64,000 bases of DNA from Octopus vulgaris (lineage: Eukaryota), in contig OX597816.1 of assembly GCA_951406725.2 (NCBI GenBank), positions 112,034,001 through 112,098,000 on the forward strand. Direction: 5' to 3'. The position numbers and the translations under genes were made by a program. The notes below the pieces were generated by a model. The model made no database searches. It was not told the origin of the DNA and saw only the letters and a program-made list of their open reading frames with translations. Positions 51,496 through 63,270 of the stretch are shown piece after piece. Every line of letters begins with the position of its first letter. The stretch's first letter is position 1.

Positions 51496-52250
51496 ATTGT
51501 TATTGTTGTAGTCACTTTGATTATACTCAATATGAAATTCATTTTGAGTTATGGGTCATGCTATTCCTATAAGCTACTGACATTTCCTCAACAGCAAGAA
51601 TTCAATAAACATTAAACAAGAGTGCAAAAGGGAGGGGGAATATACATGGTCTATCTATCTAAGTCCTTTGAACAGAACAATTGACCCTATCAAATGAGGG
51701 ATATCATTAACTTTATTATCTTTACCATTAATACATTTGTATCAATAAAGTGCTGGTATGAAAATTTTCTTCTTCTTCACATATGTTAATACAAAAATAG
51801 CAGTCATTAAAGCACTTGCCTTATTAATATGTTATCTCTTATGTAATAATCTCAACCGCAATAATCATTGAGTTTCATTTGGCAGTTTAATATCTCATGG
51901 TAGACAGATTGTTCAGTTACTACTTCCTTTAACAATAATTATGATAGTTCCACTAATTTGAACATGTCAATCTTACTTCCTACTTTACAGGCAAGAATAA
52001 TTAATAACACCTCTTAACCAACTCAAATTTCCTACCTATAACAGACTTTGTCTTCCTTTCCAGAAGCTCTTCTTCCTAGGTTCTTCCTAGCTTTGAAGTG
52101 TCTACCCTTGTAATTAAAAGACCATCAAACAATTATATTCACGTATTTTACATTTCACTAATATCTAAATCAGGACCTTACAAGTAAATTACATGAATAG
52201 ATAGGAATTTTGACAAATTTTAACAGTTCTGCAAGTGTTCTCAATGAAGA

Positions 52251-52269
52251 GTGGTGGTGGTGGTGGTGG

Positions 52270-52318
<49 letters not shown>

Positions 52319-52407
52319 GCTGCTGCTGCTGCTGTCGTCGTCGTTGTTGTTGTCGTCGTTGTTGTTGTCGTCGTTGTTGTTGCTGCTGCTGCTGTTGTTG
52401 TTGTTGT
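52251..52407. repeat. compound trinucleotide microsatellite (GGT/GTT/GCT/GTC)
   Basis: Seen directly; sits at the end of a family H copy. Confidence 0.95.
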
Positions 52408-52954
52408 TTAACCACTGGTCAACCCTTATTCTTTAGACCTATAATCAAAGTCATTTCATCCATGAACTTCTTATCTGTTTTTAGATATATCTTTACTAGT
52501 ACTTAATCCAATATGTGCTTTCTTTTTCTTTTTCCTTCTTTTTCATTTTTTTGGTAGGTGGAAAAGTGTGATTTTAGAGAGATAGATTCGGCTGCTATTA
52601 AAGGCAGATAAAAATGACCCCATAGAATCTCCAGGATCCACTTATCCAAGTACCATGCACTGGGATCAAACCAGAACAATGGAATTACAAAAATAACATC
52701 CTAACCAGCATGACGACACCATAACAACCCAGTAGATATCAATGACAGAAACCCACCAACTGAGTGTTTGACCAGGAATAAAATGAGTGGCAAAATACAT
52801 ACATGTTCTGACTCACTCACTGTATTCCTTACATTTGATACATGGCCCCAAAATACATTGTATCACATTTGAGATTTTTAATTTCTTTACTTCTTTTTTT
52901 CTTATTATCTAAGAAGTAATACTTTAATTATATATTTCTTTTAGAAGTATACAG

Positions 52955-53360
52955 GGTGTAGGAGTAGCTGTGTGGTAAGTAGCTTGCTTACGAACCACAT
53001 GATTCCAGGCTCAGTCCCACTGCATGGAACCTTGGGCAAGTGTCTTCTACTATAGCCTCAGGCCAACCAAAGCCTTGTGAGTGGATTTGGTAGACAGAAA
53101 CTGAAAGAAGCCCGTCGTATATATGTATATATATATATATGTATGTGTGTGTATATGTTTGTGTGTCTGTGTTTGTCCCCCCAACATCGCTTGACAACCA
53201 ATGCTGGTGTGTTTACGTCCCTGTAACTTAGCAGTTCGGCAAAAGAGACTGATAGAATAAGTACTAAGCTTACAAAGAATAGTCCTGGGGTCGATTTGCT
53301 CGACCAAAGGCGGTGCTCCAGCATGGCTACAGTCACATGACTGAAACAAATAAAAAAAGT
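52955..53360 (+). mobile_element. family A SINE (full length)
   Basis: Matches the other A copies. Confidence 0.92.
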
Positions 53361-53859
53361 AGTTTTATTAACCTCATTGTCCAAAGTGTTTTCAACGGCA
53401 AACATGAACAAAGCTTTCCTCTTGAGATTAAAATGTTGTTTCTGATATTTTAGTTTTTCTTTTCTGTTTGTCATCATCCCACAAATTGTCAGATATATTT
53501 GCAACAGGCAACCAATGGTTACACAACCAAATATATTACTTTCATGATTCAGGATTCCTTAGAATTTTTTTACATTTAAAGTTTTTGGTTCATTTGTTTT
53601 TGTTTTTGTGGGATGGGTTGATATCAAGGATTTGGGGAAAGTTTTAGTCAATGATTATTAATTTTCCAAAGAGTCAATCACTTGTTCAGTGCATTAATAA
53701 TTGTGACGGTGATAAAGGCATGTCCTTGCAATCCAAGTGAAATAATGTTTTAATACCAGAAGATTAATGTTCTCTCTATCTCCCTGTTTCTCTCTTTCTC
53801 TCCCTCTCTCCCCTTCTCTTTCTCTCTCTCACACTCACACACACATACACACATGTAGT

Positions 53860-54160
53860 GGAGGCGCATGGCCTAGTGGTTAGAGCAGTGGACTCGCAGT
53901 CGAGGGATCGCGGGTTTGAATCTCAGACCGGGCGATGTGTGTGTTTATGAGTGAAACACCTAAGCTCCACGCGGCTCTGGCAGAAGGTAATGGCAAACTT
54001 CTGCTGACTCTTTCGCCACAACTTTCTCTCACTCTTTCCTCCTGCATCTTGCAGCTCACCTGCGAAGGACCGGCGTCCCACCCAGGTGGGGACCCTATAT
54101 GCCATGGAAACCGGGAAACTGGCCTTTATGAGCCAGGCATGGCTCGAAAAGGAACAAACA
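53860..54160 (+). mobile_element. family C SINE (full length)
   Basis: tRNA-like head ggaggcgcatggcctagtggttagagc...cgggtttgaatctc; matches 18062-18360. Confidence 0.9.
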
Positions 54161-55343
54161 TACACACATGTAATACATACTTCAGAGACAATGAAATAAT
54201 AAGTAATGTATGAGAGTTAACATCATTTCTGTACCATATTATCCAATTGTTCTTCATAGAAATATTGGAGAATGTATTCTTAGATAAACTATATGACTGA
54301 AAATAAGACAGGATAGCATGGCTCAGATGGCATTGATCATAGGGTCTGATTGTACCGATCTTACATCTGAGGTTCAAATGGATGCCATGCTAGGGTACTA
54401 CTCTAGAAAGGTAATACATATATCACTTGAGGCTCAGAACAATTTAACATCAGATTCTAAACACAAATAAAGCCATTTAAACAATCACTCATAATCATAG
54501 ACAACTGCTATACTTTGTCCTCCCTCTTTGTGTCATTGGCTCTCCTACCATTACAACGATTCCTGCTCTTATGAACTAACAAGTATAATCGTTTTCTATG
54601 TGTGGAAGAGATTTAAAGCGAGAGAGTGGAGGTGAAGGAAGATAACTGTCTAAATAAAGTTAACTATTATACATATATATTTTTACACATACACACACAC
54701 ATATAAATATATGTGCATGTGTGCATGTATGTGTACGAGCACGTGTGCATATGTGCATGAGCATGTGAGGGTATGTGTATATGTATGTGTGTGTGTATGG
54801 AATATAGCACATTCATCAAAAGCACAATCATTGAAAAGACATTCATTGAAAAATATTCATAGAAATACATATTTATTGGAAAACATAGAAAAACAATGAT
54901 CTTAATGCTGACTAATTTTTTTGTTAAATGATAAAAGAACAAATCATTTTTTAAATGAAATGTATTTTCAATTTATTTTCCAGCTATCTGGGGATTTTCT
55001 TTCATAAGAAAACAAATATCAATGGAAATATATTGAAACTTAATCTCAACTATTTTTTTTCACCAACTTTTAAAATGATAATAATTTTTTGAATGAAATA
55101 TATTTTCAATTATTTTTTTTTTATGTGTGCTTGTATTTATTTGTATAGCATCCAATACAATATACATTTGAGTGTTCTTGATTTTTCTTAAGTAGTATGT
55201 TATAGCAATACTGTATTTTCCGGCATACAAGTCAATGTAGTATATAGTGTAAACATGAAGTGAAAACATTCAAACATCACCATTATCTTTCCAAATCCAA
55301 CTGCATTTCACATGGAACTTTCAGTCCACCATCGTCGTCTGGT

Positions 55344-55590
55344 GGAGGCACATGGTTTAGTGGTTAGGATGCAGGATTCATGATCGTGAGATTGTGGTTT
55401 CAATTCCTGGATTGGGTGACACATTGTGTTCTTGAACAAAACACCTCGTTTCATGTTGCTTCAGTTCGCTCACCTGGCAAAAATGAGTAATCCTGAGAGG
55501 AACCAGCGTTTCATTCATGTAGGGAATATATGCACCACGGAAATGGAAGAAACAGGCCTTATGAGCCTACATGACTTGGGAAAGAACTTT
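55344..55590 (+). mobile_element. family D SINE
   Basis: Head and central domain as at 676. Confidence 0.8.
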
Positions 55591-55833
55591 TTTTTACTAT
55601 TATAGTTGTGTAGGTCTACAACTCAACCTACCTCTTTCTTTTGGTCGTAAATTTTGGTCAAAAAAATGTTACTTATATACTAGAAAATATAGTAATAACA
55701 GGAGAGTTTTGTAGCTCGCTTGAAGCATTGTGTATTGTTTTTAAAAAAATAATGTGTTTCGAATGGTACAACAATGCACTATAATAATAACAATGGACTA
55801 TAATAACTGTTATAATTTAATCATCCATAGTCT

Positions 55834-55875
55834 GATATAATATTTCAGAATATAAAATTTCCTTCTTCAGATATC
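55834..55875 (-). ncRNA. minimal type I hammerhead motif, left arm
   Basis: Minus strand gatat-CTGAAGA-a-ggaaattttatattct-GAAA-ta-tt-atatc; stem II slightly decayed. Confidence 0.5.
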
Positions 55876-56085
55876 CCTAGGAATTGATCAAGTCACTGCT
55901 ATAATTCATGATCATAAGATTGTGGTTTCAATTCCTGAACTGGGTGATACTTTGTGTTCTTGAGCAAAACACCTCATTTCATGTTGCTTCAGTTCACTCA
56001 GCTGGCAAAAATGAGTAATCCTGAGAGGGACCGGCGTCTCATCCAGGTGGGGAATATTATAACAGTGACTCAATCAATTCCTAAG

Positions 56086-56127
56086 GATATCTGAAGAAGG
56101 AATTTTTATATTCCGAAATATTATATC
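56086..56127 (+). ncRNA. minimal type I hammerhead motif, right arm
   Basis: gatat|CTGAAGA|a|ggaat-ttttat-attcc|GAAA|ta|tt|atatc: 5-bp stem I, 5-bp stem II, minimal self-complementary stem III, as in Penelope-associated hammerheads. Confidence 0.6.
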
Positions 56128-56397
56128 AGACTATGGATGATTAAATTATAACAATTACAGTACATTGTTATTATTATATTGCATTGTTGTGCCATTCAAA
56201 ACACATTATTTTTTTTAGCAATAATGATTTTTACTCAGACACAAACCATACCTTTTATGACCATGGCATAGTCAATAAGGCCAAGCCAATAATTTCACTG
56301 GTATTTATTTCATTGACCCATGGTGGATTACAGTCAAAGTTGACCATAGTGCAATATGATTGCAGAAACTAAAGGTATGCTCAACAATCTTTGAATT

Positions 56398-56800
56398 CTG
56401 TGTGGTAAGAAGTTTGATTCTAAATCCCAGATTTCTAGGTTCAGCCCTGCAGCGTGGCACCTTGGGTTAGTGTTTTCTGCTATAGCCTTCGGCTGATCAA
56501 AGCCTTATGAGTGGATTTGGTAGGCAGAAACTGAAAGAAGCCTGTCATGTTTGTGCATGTTTGTGCATGCGGGTGTGTGTATGTATGTGTGTGTGTGTGT
56601 GTGTGTGTGTGAATATTTGTTCCCAATTAACACTTGCCAACCAATGTTTACTTCTCCATAACTTAGTGGTTCGGCAAAAGAAATCAAGAGAATAATTACC
56701 AAGCTTTAAAATAAATAAGTGCTGGGGTCTATTCAAGGTGGTGCCCCAGCATGGCCACAGTCTAATGACTGAAACAAATAAAAGATAAAAGATAAAGATG
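56398..56800 (+). mobile_element. family A SINE, older subfamily
   Basis: ctgtgtggtaagaagtt...gagtggatttggtaggcagaaactgaaagaagcc...ccccagcatggccacagtc. Confidence 0.8.
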
Positions 56801-57589
56801 CCACCCACTGCCCTTCTAATGACTAATTCTTACATACACAGTATCATAACAATTCAATGGATGCTAGCCTTTGAATGATACTTAAGCAATCACCAACAAT
56901 TAATCATTGTGTATCCATTTTGTGACAAGAACGTTAATATTTTATAGCTATTGCAACCATGTCCAAATTTTTAGGTTATAGATGATACATAATTCAGGTT
57001 TATATATGCTAGCAATTTCTAAATTTTATTGCATTATAAACAAGTCAGGTAATTCAAATAAATACTAATAAATCATTGCCTTTTTTAAAAATATTTTTTA
57101 ATCTATTTCTTTGAAAAATATTTACATTTCAACGAATATTCCATCTTTTCTTTTAATCAATTTGTCAATTGACCAATTTGCTTTTCTATGAATATGTCTT
57201 TCAGCTAATATGATTTTGACCAAACTACATTTGATGAATGGTTTCTCAATAAATATTCTTAAACCCATGTGTGAGCATATATGCACATATATGTGTGTAC
57301 ATGCCTCTGTGCATGTGTTTGTGTGTGTGTTTGTATGTGGGCACATGTATGTGTATGATCATGTATGATTGCTTGGACGTTACTTAGATTATGTTATTAA
57401 AATTTTTCATTTTAAAAAAATTGTATCTACAGAATGTTTGTAATGAAGTTTAAATACCATGATAGAGAAAATAATTCATTCTTTCATTGTTTTAAATCTG
57501 AATTTGATTATATATTTTAAATTCTCAGATATCATGTTCTCTGAACTGAACTGGACTGTAAATTTTTATAAATTTGAAATATATGTAAA

Positions 57590-58260
57590 CCAGTGTCTGT
57601 AGTATTTTTGTAGTATGTATGGCATGCCAATCAGCCAAGTGGCTCTTCTGTTGATGTGATGATCTAAAATGTCTGTGTGCATAGCTTCAGTTCTGTCCCA
57701 GGTATAGGGGCCATATTCCACCAGGGGCCTCTCTCAAGTCTTGTGGAGTGTCAGTGGCTGTTGGTGTTCGAAATATCTTCTGACTCTAAAGAGAAGGACT
57801 AGTCTTTGGGATGTCATCCTAGCTATGCTAAAGATATATTTTTGCCAGGAGAGATAACTGGTGATATTGAGGCCCAGCATTTGGGATGACTGTAAGAGCT
57901 ATAGCTGAGTGCTACCCCTGTTTAGAAGGGTTGTGGTGTGATATTTTCTTAATATGCATAATGCAAGAGTTTTTTATCTTCTATTATAAAGACAAGATTG
58001 TCACCACCTCAGTGGAGGATGCGCTCAAGGTTTCTGTTTATGGAATAAATGCACTTCTGGCAAGTGGGTACTGCATGTGGGATGCATAGTTAGGGAAGGT
58101 TAGGAAAAGATGAAGAGTCATGTGCAGTGTCATCCAACAACTCCCACTGACTATGTGTATGCATGTTTGACTGTTGCAACTAGTAAGTCTCTGACATATT
58201 GAAGGAAGAGAACTAAATCCTGAGGAGCAACAGATTTGATTGAGAGTGAAGCAGAAAGAG
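57590..58260 (-). mobile_element. old CR1-clade LINE RT fragment
   Basis: Minus strand PQDLVLFLQYVRDLL...DDTAH, MLGLNITSYLSWQK, SIARMTSQRLVLLFRVRRYF...LTLHKT*ERPLVEYGPYTW, RRATWLIG. Confidence 0.8.
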
Positions 58261-60058
58261 CTACATCAATATATGCCATAACAGTCCAATCTCATAGGAA
58301 ACTATTAATCAAAGTGATGAGAGGTAGGTAAAACCCATAGGCAAGAAGTTTTGATATGGTTGCTAAGAATTTATCAATTTAATGTAGTTATTAGGTCAGC
58401 CATAATTGAGTAGACCCTATGATAAAAAGCATTCCAGCCTTATCAATACCATCTGCTTTTCAGATATAGGGTTTCTAGGAAGGTGACTGATCAATTGCAT
58501 TCGGAACAACTGTGTCCCTGTTAAATATGACCTAGTATGCATATATATTCATGTTCAAAGAATGCATGTTGTGAGCAACACCTCATAAGAAACTTAATTT
58601 ATTCTTACGATTGTAACAAGCAATTAATGTCTAAAGGCGTTTATTAATAATTTTATTTCTTCGTCGTTGGATACTAATTCCTCTTTTGTTATTAGTTTTC
58701 ACCTCTATGACCATAGCTTTCTCTTTCTACAATGAGTCGATCAATTTGCAAACAGCAGTGTGTCAATAAATAATCAAATTTTGGTAATATTATGCCACTT
58801 CTTTAAACTAGGCAAATCATTCAGTTTGATCACGAACAATATTTCAAAATGTGAAAGGAAAGATTCCTGCACTCTCAGGTCAACTTCTACGTTTTTGCAC
58901 GGATAATGTATGTCATGAATTTGGGTGGTATGGTGCAATTTCAAAGTATGCACTGAATTCAGAGGGTAAATAATGATCTTCATACAGATTCAAGATGTCT
59001 TTAATGATATAATTAATATAAGGAAAGCTTATGCAAAAATACATGAAAGTTTTAAAATTAATTTTTTCATCTTCGTTATATCATAGTCTTAAATAAGTTA
59101 CATACTGTCTTAAGATAGATTTTGATGTATGGAAAATATAAACTTTTTGTTGCATTTAGATGTTTCTGCTGTATACTTTCTTGCTCTAAGTTCAAAATCC
59201 ATCAGCACTGATTTGGGATTATGTTGAGAGCAAGTTTGTAACAAAGGAATGAACATTCAATTCATACAGTACTTTATAATTATTGAATAGTTGAGTGAAA
59301 ATATTGAGAATGTTGACAACTCCATTTTGCATGTGAACATTGCCAAACTCACATGAAGTATGAGGTTGGTCACATGTAGATGTTTATTTATAAGTGGCAC
59401 AGGTGCCTAAAATTGCCCTGATTGATTAGACAGTTCCTTTAAGAGACTGAAATAAGATATTTAGAATATATAACTCAGAGCTTGTTATGCAATAATAATA
59501 GTTGCATATATTGAAGTGCAAATAACTAGTATGTACAAAGACTGGACACAAGTGTCCAAAGACACCACTGACCACAGCACAGTGACCCAGAACACAAATA
59601 CCCAAGAAGTAGCTATGATTTCATTATTTGATATACTTAATAGCTTAAAAACAGAATGGTGTAAGTTGAAGGAGATTTGATTGCTATTTATGTTTATCTA
59701 TTTGATATTTATGTGGCCACAAGAGGATCTTTTACTGGGTTCATTGATTTTACTTGCAGTATTTGAAACAATACATGTTTGAAATAGAATAAACTTAAAT
59801 TATGGTGGGTCTTGATTGAACTTCAATTGTTGTTACGTAGATCAAAAGTACTGTAGATAATGAGGCTTGTAACAATGAAATAGTTGAAGCTAAATCCAAT
59901 ATTCAGCATGCCAGATTATAATATTTATTTAAATAGTGTACCCTTATTTCATTATAAATTTGTTACAGAAAGCCTAATTCATTCACCAGATTTTGAAGTC
60001 ATGTTTGTTAAGATCAACCATCATGATTTGTTGAGTTTAAATGTAAAGATATCAGTAG

Positions 60059-60094
60059 TGCTCTGAAGTGTTTTGAGTAAAACACTTCAGAGCA
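60059..60094. repeat. perfect 16-bp hairpin
   Basis: tgctctgaagtgtttt-gagt-aaaacacttcagagca. Confidence 0.95.
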
Positions 60095-60207
60095 AAAAAT
60101 ATTTTTTCATATTTAGTATAGCATTGAACAAAAACACCTAGCACCTCAGTGCTATCCTAAACATTTAATTTTATTCTCTCCAAAAATGAATCTTGCTTAA
60201 ACCATTT

Positions 60208-60441
60208 ATTTATTTCTTTATTGCCCACAAGGATCTAAACATAGAGGATCAGACAAGGACAGACAAAGGGATTAAGTTGATTACATCAACCCCAGTGTGT
60301 AACTGGTACTTATTTAATTGACCCCAAAAGGATGAAAGGCAAAGTCGACCTCGGCAGAATTTGAACTCAGAACATAGCAGCAGATGAAATACCGCTGAGC
60401 TTTTCACTCGGCGTGCAAACAATTCTGCCAGCTCGCCACCT
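60208..60441 (-). mobile_element. family B SINE (full-length monomer)
   Basis: From a (ttat) tail to gccagctcgccacct. Confidence 0.9.
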
Positions 60442-61438
60442 TCTTGCTTAAACCATGAGCACTCATCTCTCCTCAGTCAACTAACTCATCCAAATTTGTT
60501 AGGTTTACTAAATGATTTTACTGGAACACACCACTTGTTTCCTTGGACTCTGGGTTTTTACACATTTGTTTGAATTTGTGAACTGAAAAATGCTAATATA
60601 ATCCAGTAGGCTTCAGGCTTTTAAGTTTTCTTTATCAAATTATAGTGTAAGCAGTAGTTGAACCTATTTTCCTGTTCATAGCTCTATTGCATTTTTGCTA
60701 TAATCACTATATCCCACTTAAACACTTATGCTATTATCTCATAGCCTCTTTTCCGCAGTATCCAATAAAACTATTTTCATATGTCAGGCTAAGAAGCGTA
60801 TTAAGTTTGCTATCATTAAAAAACACATCAGCGTATCCTATAATATTTGTTCCAAAGTTATCACTATTTTACTTTATTATAAATTATTTTATTTGGAATA
60901 TTAAATGTATTTTCTGTCAGGTACTTTACAGAATATGGGTCTATATTAGTTTGGCTGTTCCCCAATTGCATTGAAATATTAAAATCTTTTTGCTGTTGTT
61001 TTTTACTCAGATATTTATTTTTCTTCCACCTGCAGTAATTCTCTCTCTAAACTTAGTTTATTACAATTTGTGCAAATATTAACAGAATTTATGGTCTCAT
61101 ATTGCTATTTTTAGAGTAAGTATCAATCTATTCATTGAAATCTACTGATCAAGTCTTATTTCTTCGATGGTTTGATATTTTATTGTAACACTTTACTGCC
61201 AAATACAGTGAGAAAAATTTTTTTCTTTCAAATAGTCAAGAGTTCTTTTCAACCAATTTCCAATTTCTCTCCCAAAGGAAGACATTGTAAAAAATTATTT
61301 TGTTTTCAAACTTAAAGACTCAGTCATTAAATAAACATTAAAAAACACATAAAAAAGGCTGTTATGGTTATTATGATTTCTATCACCTCCATCCATATCC
61401 TCATTCTCATCATCATTTTGAAATCTCTTTTGGTATTC

Positions 61439-61587
61439 TGACAGTGATTGGACACTGACAAATATCCCCATTCTTCATTAGTCATGTGACATCAAGTTTG
61501 TGAGGCTCAACGTCCTTTGATCCTTTGATTTGTCTGACATCCCCACCATTATCCAGTCCTCGTTACCATGGTTACCTTCTGCTGTCA
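61439..61587. promoter_or_regulatory. candidate cis-regulatory motif cluster
   Basis: TGACAG 61439, TGATTGG (CCAAT reverse) 61445, GTCATGTGAC 61481, CCTTTGAT twice 61514-61529, GTTACCATGGTTAC X-box 61562-61575, CTGTCA 61582, in non-repetitive sequence. Confidence 0.35.
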
Positions 61588-61939
61588 GAAGAAATCACTC
61601 CATCACCCAGAATTTGTTGATAATGTGCTCATCTTTGTTGAAGCATAATTTTTTCCTCTGAACTACCTTCATTAAAAAAAACCATGTACAGTTTCTAATT
61701 ATGATCTGACCTGATCTTTGCAGTGTATAATTGTCTCCCAAATTCCTCACTCATAAAAAAGGTAATTTTCCAAGTTTTTATTTTCCCTGTTTTTATTATT
61801 TGCTTGCTTTTAAACCATTTGGCTACTTGTCTGGTTGTTTTGTGTAGCTTTATACGAGCATTTCTTTTTTAATATTCTTTATGATAATTTACAAATTTTT
61901 TCCCTATTGTTTTTATTTTCCATTTCCTAGTCAAAAACT

Positions 61940-62450
61940 CATATATACCTAAATAATTAAGCTGCTCTTTTGAGAATAAAAATAAACTCCCATTGACTGC
62001 TTCCCTTTAGTATTTGTTTAGCTTTATTTTCATATGTTTAGTTTTAAACATATTTATCTCCCAACCACCTCCAAAATAACAACAACAATGTCAATGATGA
62101 TGATAATGATGATGATGATGATGATGATGATGATAAAAATGTGTGAAACTTCTTGTGATCTGACTTAACCTTTGTAGTGTATGTTACATGCATTTCTTTT
62201 TTGTTAAAATTCTTTAAATTTTATTTAGTTATTCATTTGTTTGTTTTGGTCAAGTTGTAAACTTTTTAAAGACCAAGTCATCAAGAATTTGTATTGCTTA
62301 ATTTTTCCTGCTGTTTGTTCCCCACTCCACCAACCACCCAGTCACCAGTCAAATTCATAATCATATATTTAAATAATTAAGCTGCTCTTTTGAGAATAGA
62401 AATAACTTCAGTTGACAGCTTTGGTTTATTATTTGTTTAGTTTTAAATAA
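61940..62450. repeat. ~90 bp direct duplication (61940-62050, 62362-62450)
   Basis: taaataattaagctgctcttttgagaata is identical in both copies, followed by diverged ttgac.gctt...tatttgtttag. Confidence 0.8.
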
Positions 62451-62779
62451 ATTAATTAAAGTCATTGAAATGATCTTAACTTTGAAAATTGCTAAATTGT
62501 AAATTGTTTTCTATTTTTAATTCTATAGAAAATTATTTAAAAAGGGGGAAAAAAACTAAAAATTCTTCAATATTGAATACAGTAGCAACATTTAGTTTCT
62601 TCATTAAAATAAACAGATAGTAACTTTACATTAAGATATTTAGAGCTAATACTTTAGAATTTGTTTTAAAGTTCCTCTTCTTTTTCTTTCTTGAATCAAA
62701 TTGTTTCATGATTTTGATAGGAAGTTGCATTCTTTTCTATTTATGTTGATAGTTTTAATTTCGATTAAATTGAGTTTAT

Positions 62780-62812
<33 letters not shown>

Positions 62813-63119
62813 TGTTCATTCACATTGAGATGTATGACTTCATTGTCTGTCACTACTTTGCTTGCTCTTAGCTTATCATCTAAAAGAATTCAGATCTGAC
62901 CCTTCTCATGTAATTTTATGCAGCAATGTGATAAATCTTACAAGGAATCTTCTATTTACCTACAGACAAATCTTCCCTTGATTATCTCTCAAATGTTTGA
63001 TTTTTTTTTTTAATGTTTGATTAATCAATTGTCTGTTCTGTTTTGTTTTTTTAGTCACTAGAAGCTGTTACGTTCAAGGTCAGCTTGCATGCAGTATACC
63101 TAAGGTCAAAGACATTTCA

Positions 63120-63270
63120 TCTATCATCATCATCACCACCACCCCCACCACTAGCACCATCACCCCCACCACCATCATCATCACCATCACCACCACCACT
63201 AGCACCATCACTATCATCATCATCATCATCATCACCATCATTATCATCATTATTGTCGTCATTATTATCA
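63120..63270. repeat. (CAT/CAC)n low-complexity tract
   Basis: Seen directly. Confidence 0.9.

Larger units (their letters stand above)
55742..56217. repeat. large foldback: ~160 bp inverted arms (55742-55905, 56055-56217) around a partial family D SINE
   Basis: Arms align by eye almost base for base, e.g. ttataatttaatcatccatagtctgatataatatttc vs gaaatattatatcagactatggatgattaaattataa. Confidence 0.92.

Noticed and set aside
52170-52415. poly-Q/poly-H ORF (and poly-C, poly-L frames)
   Set aside because: Translation of a compound trinucleotide microsatellite; no flanking coding signal.
53058-53504. 148-aa ORF and similar ORFs at 27881, 43203-43588, 49878, 27010-27380
   Set aside because: Frames run through SINEs and (CA)/(TA) microsatellites.
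53860-53935. tRNA gene
   Set aside because: A/B boxes present but it continues into a SINE body and has no full acceptor stem; same for other SINE heads.
58774-58983. short open frames on both strands in unique sequence
   Set aside because: Only a vague resemblance to transposon-associated peptides; cannot support a call.
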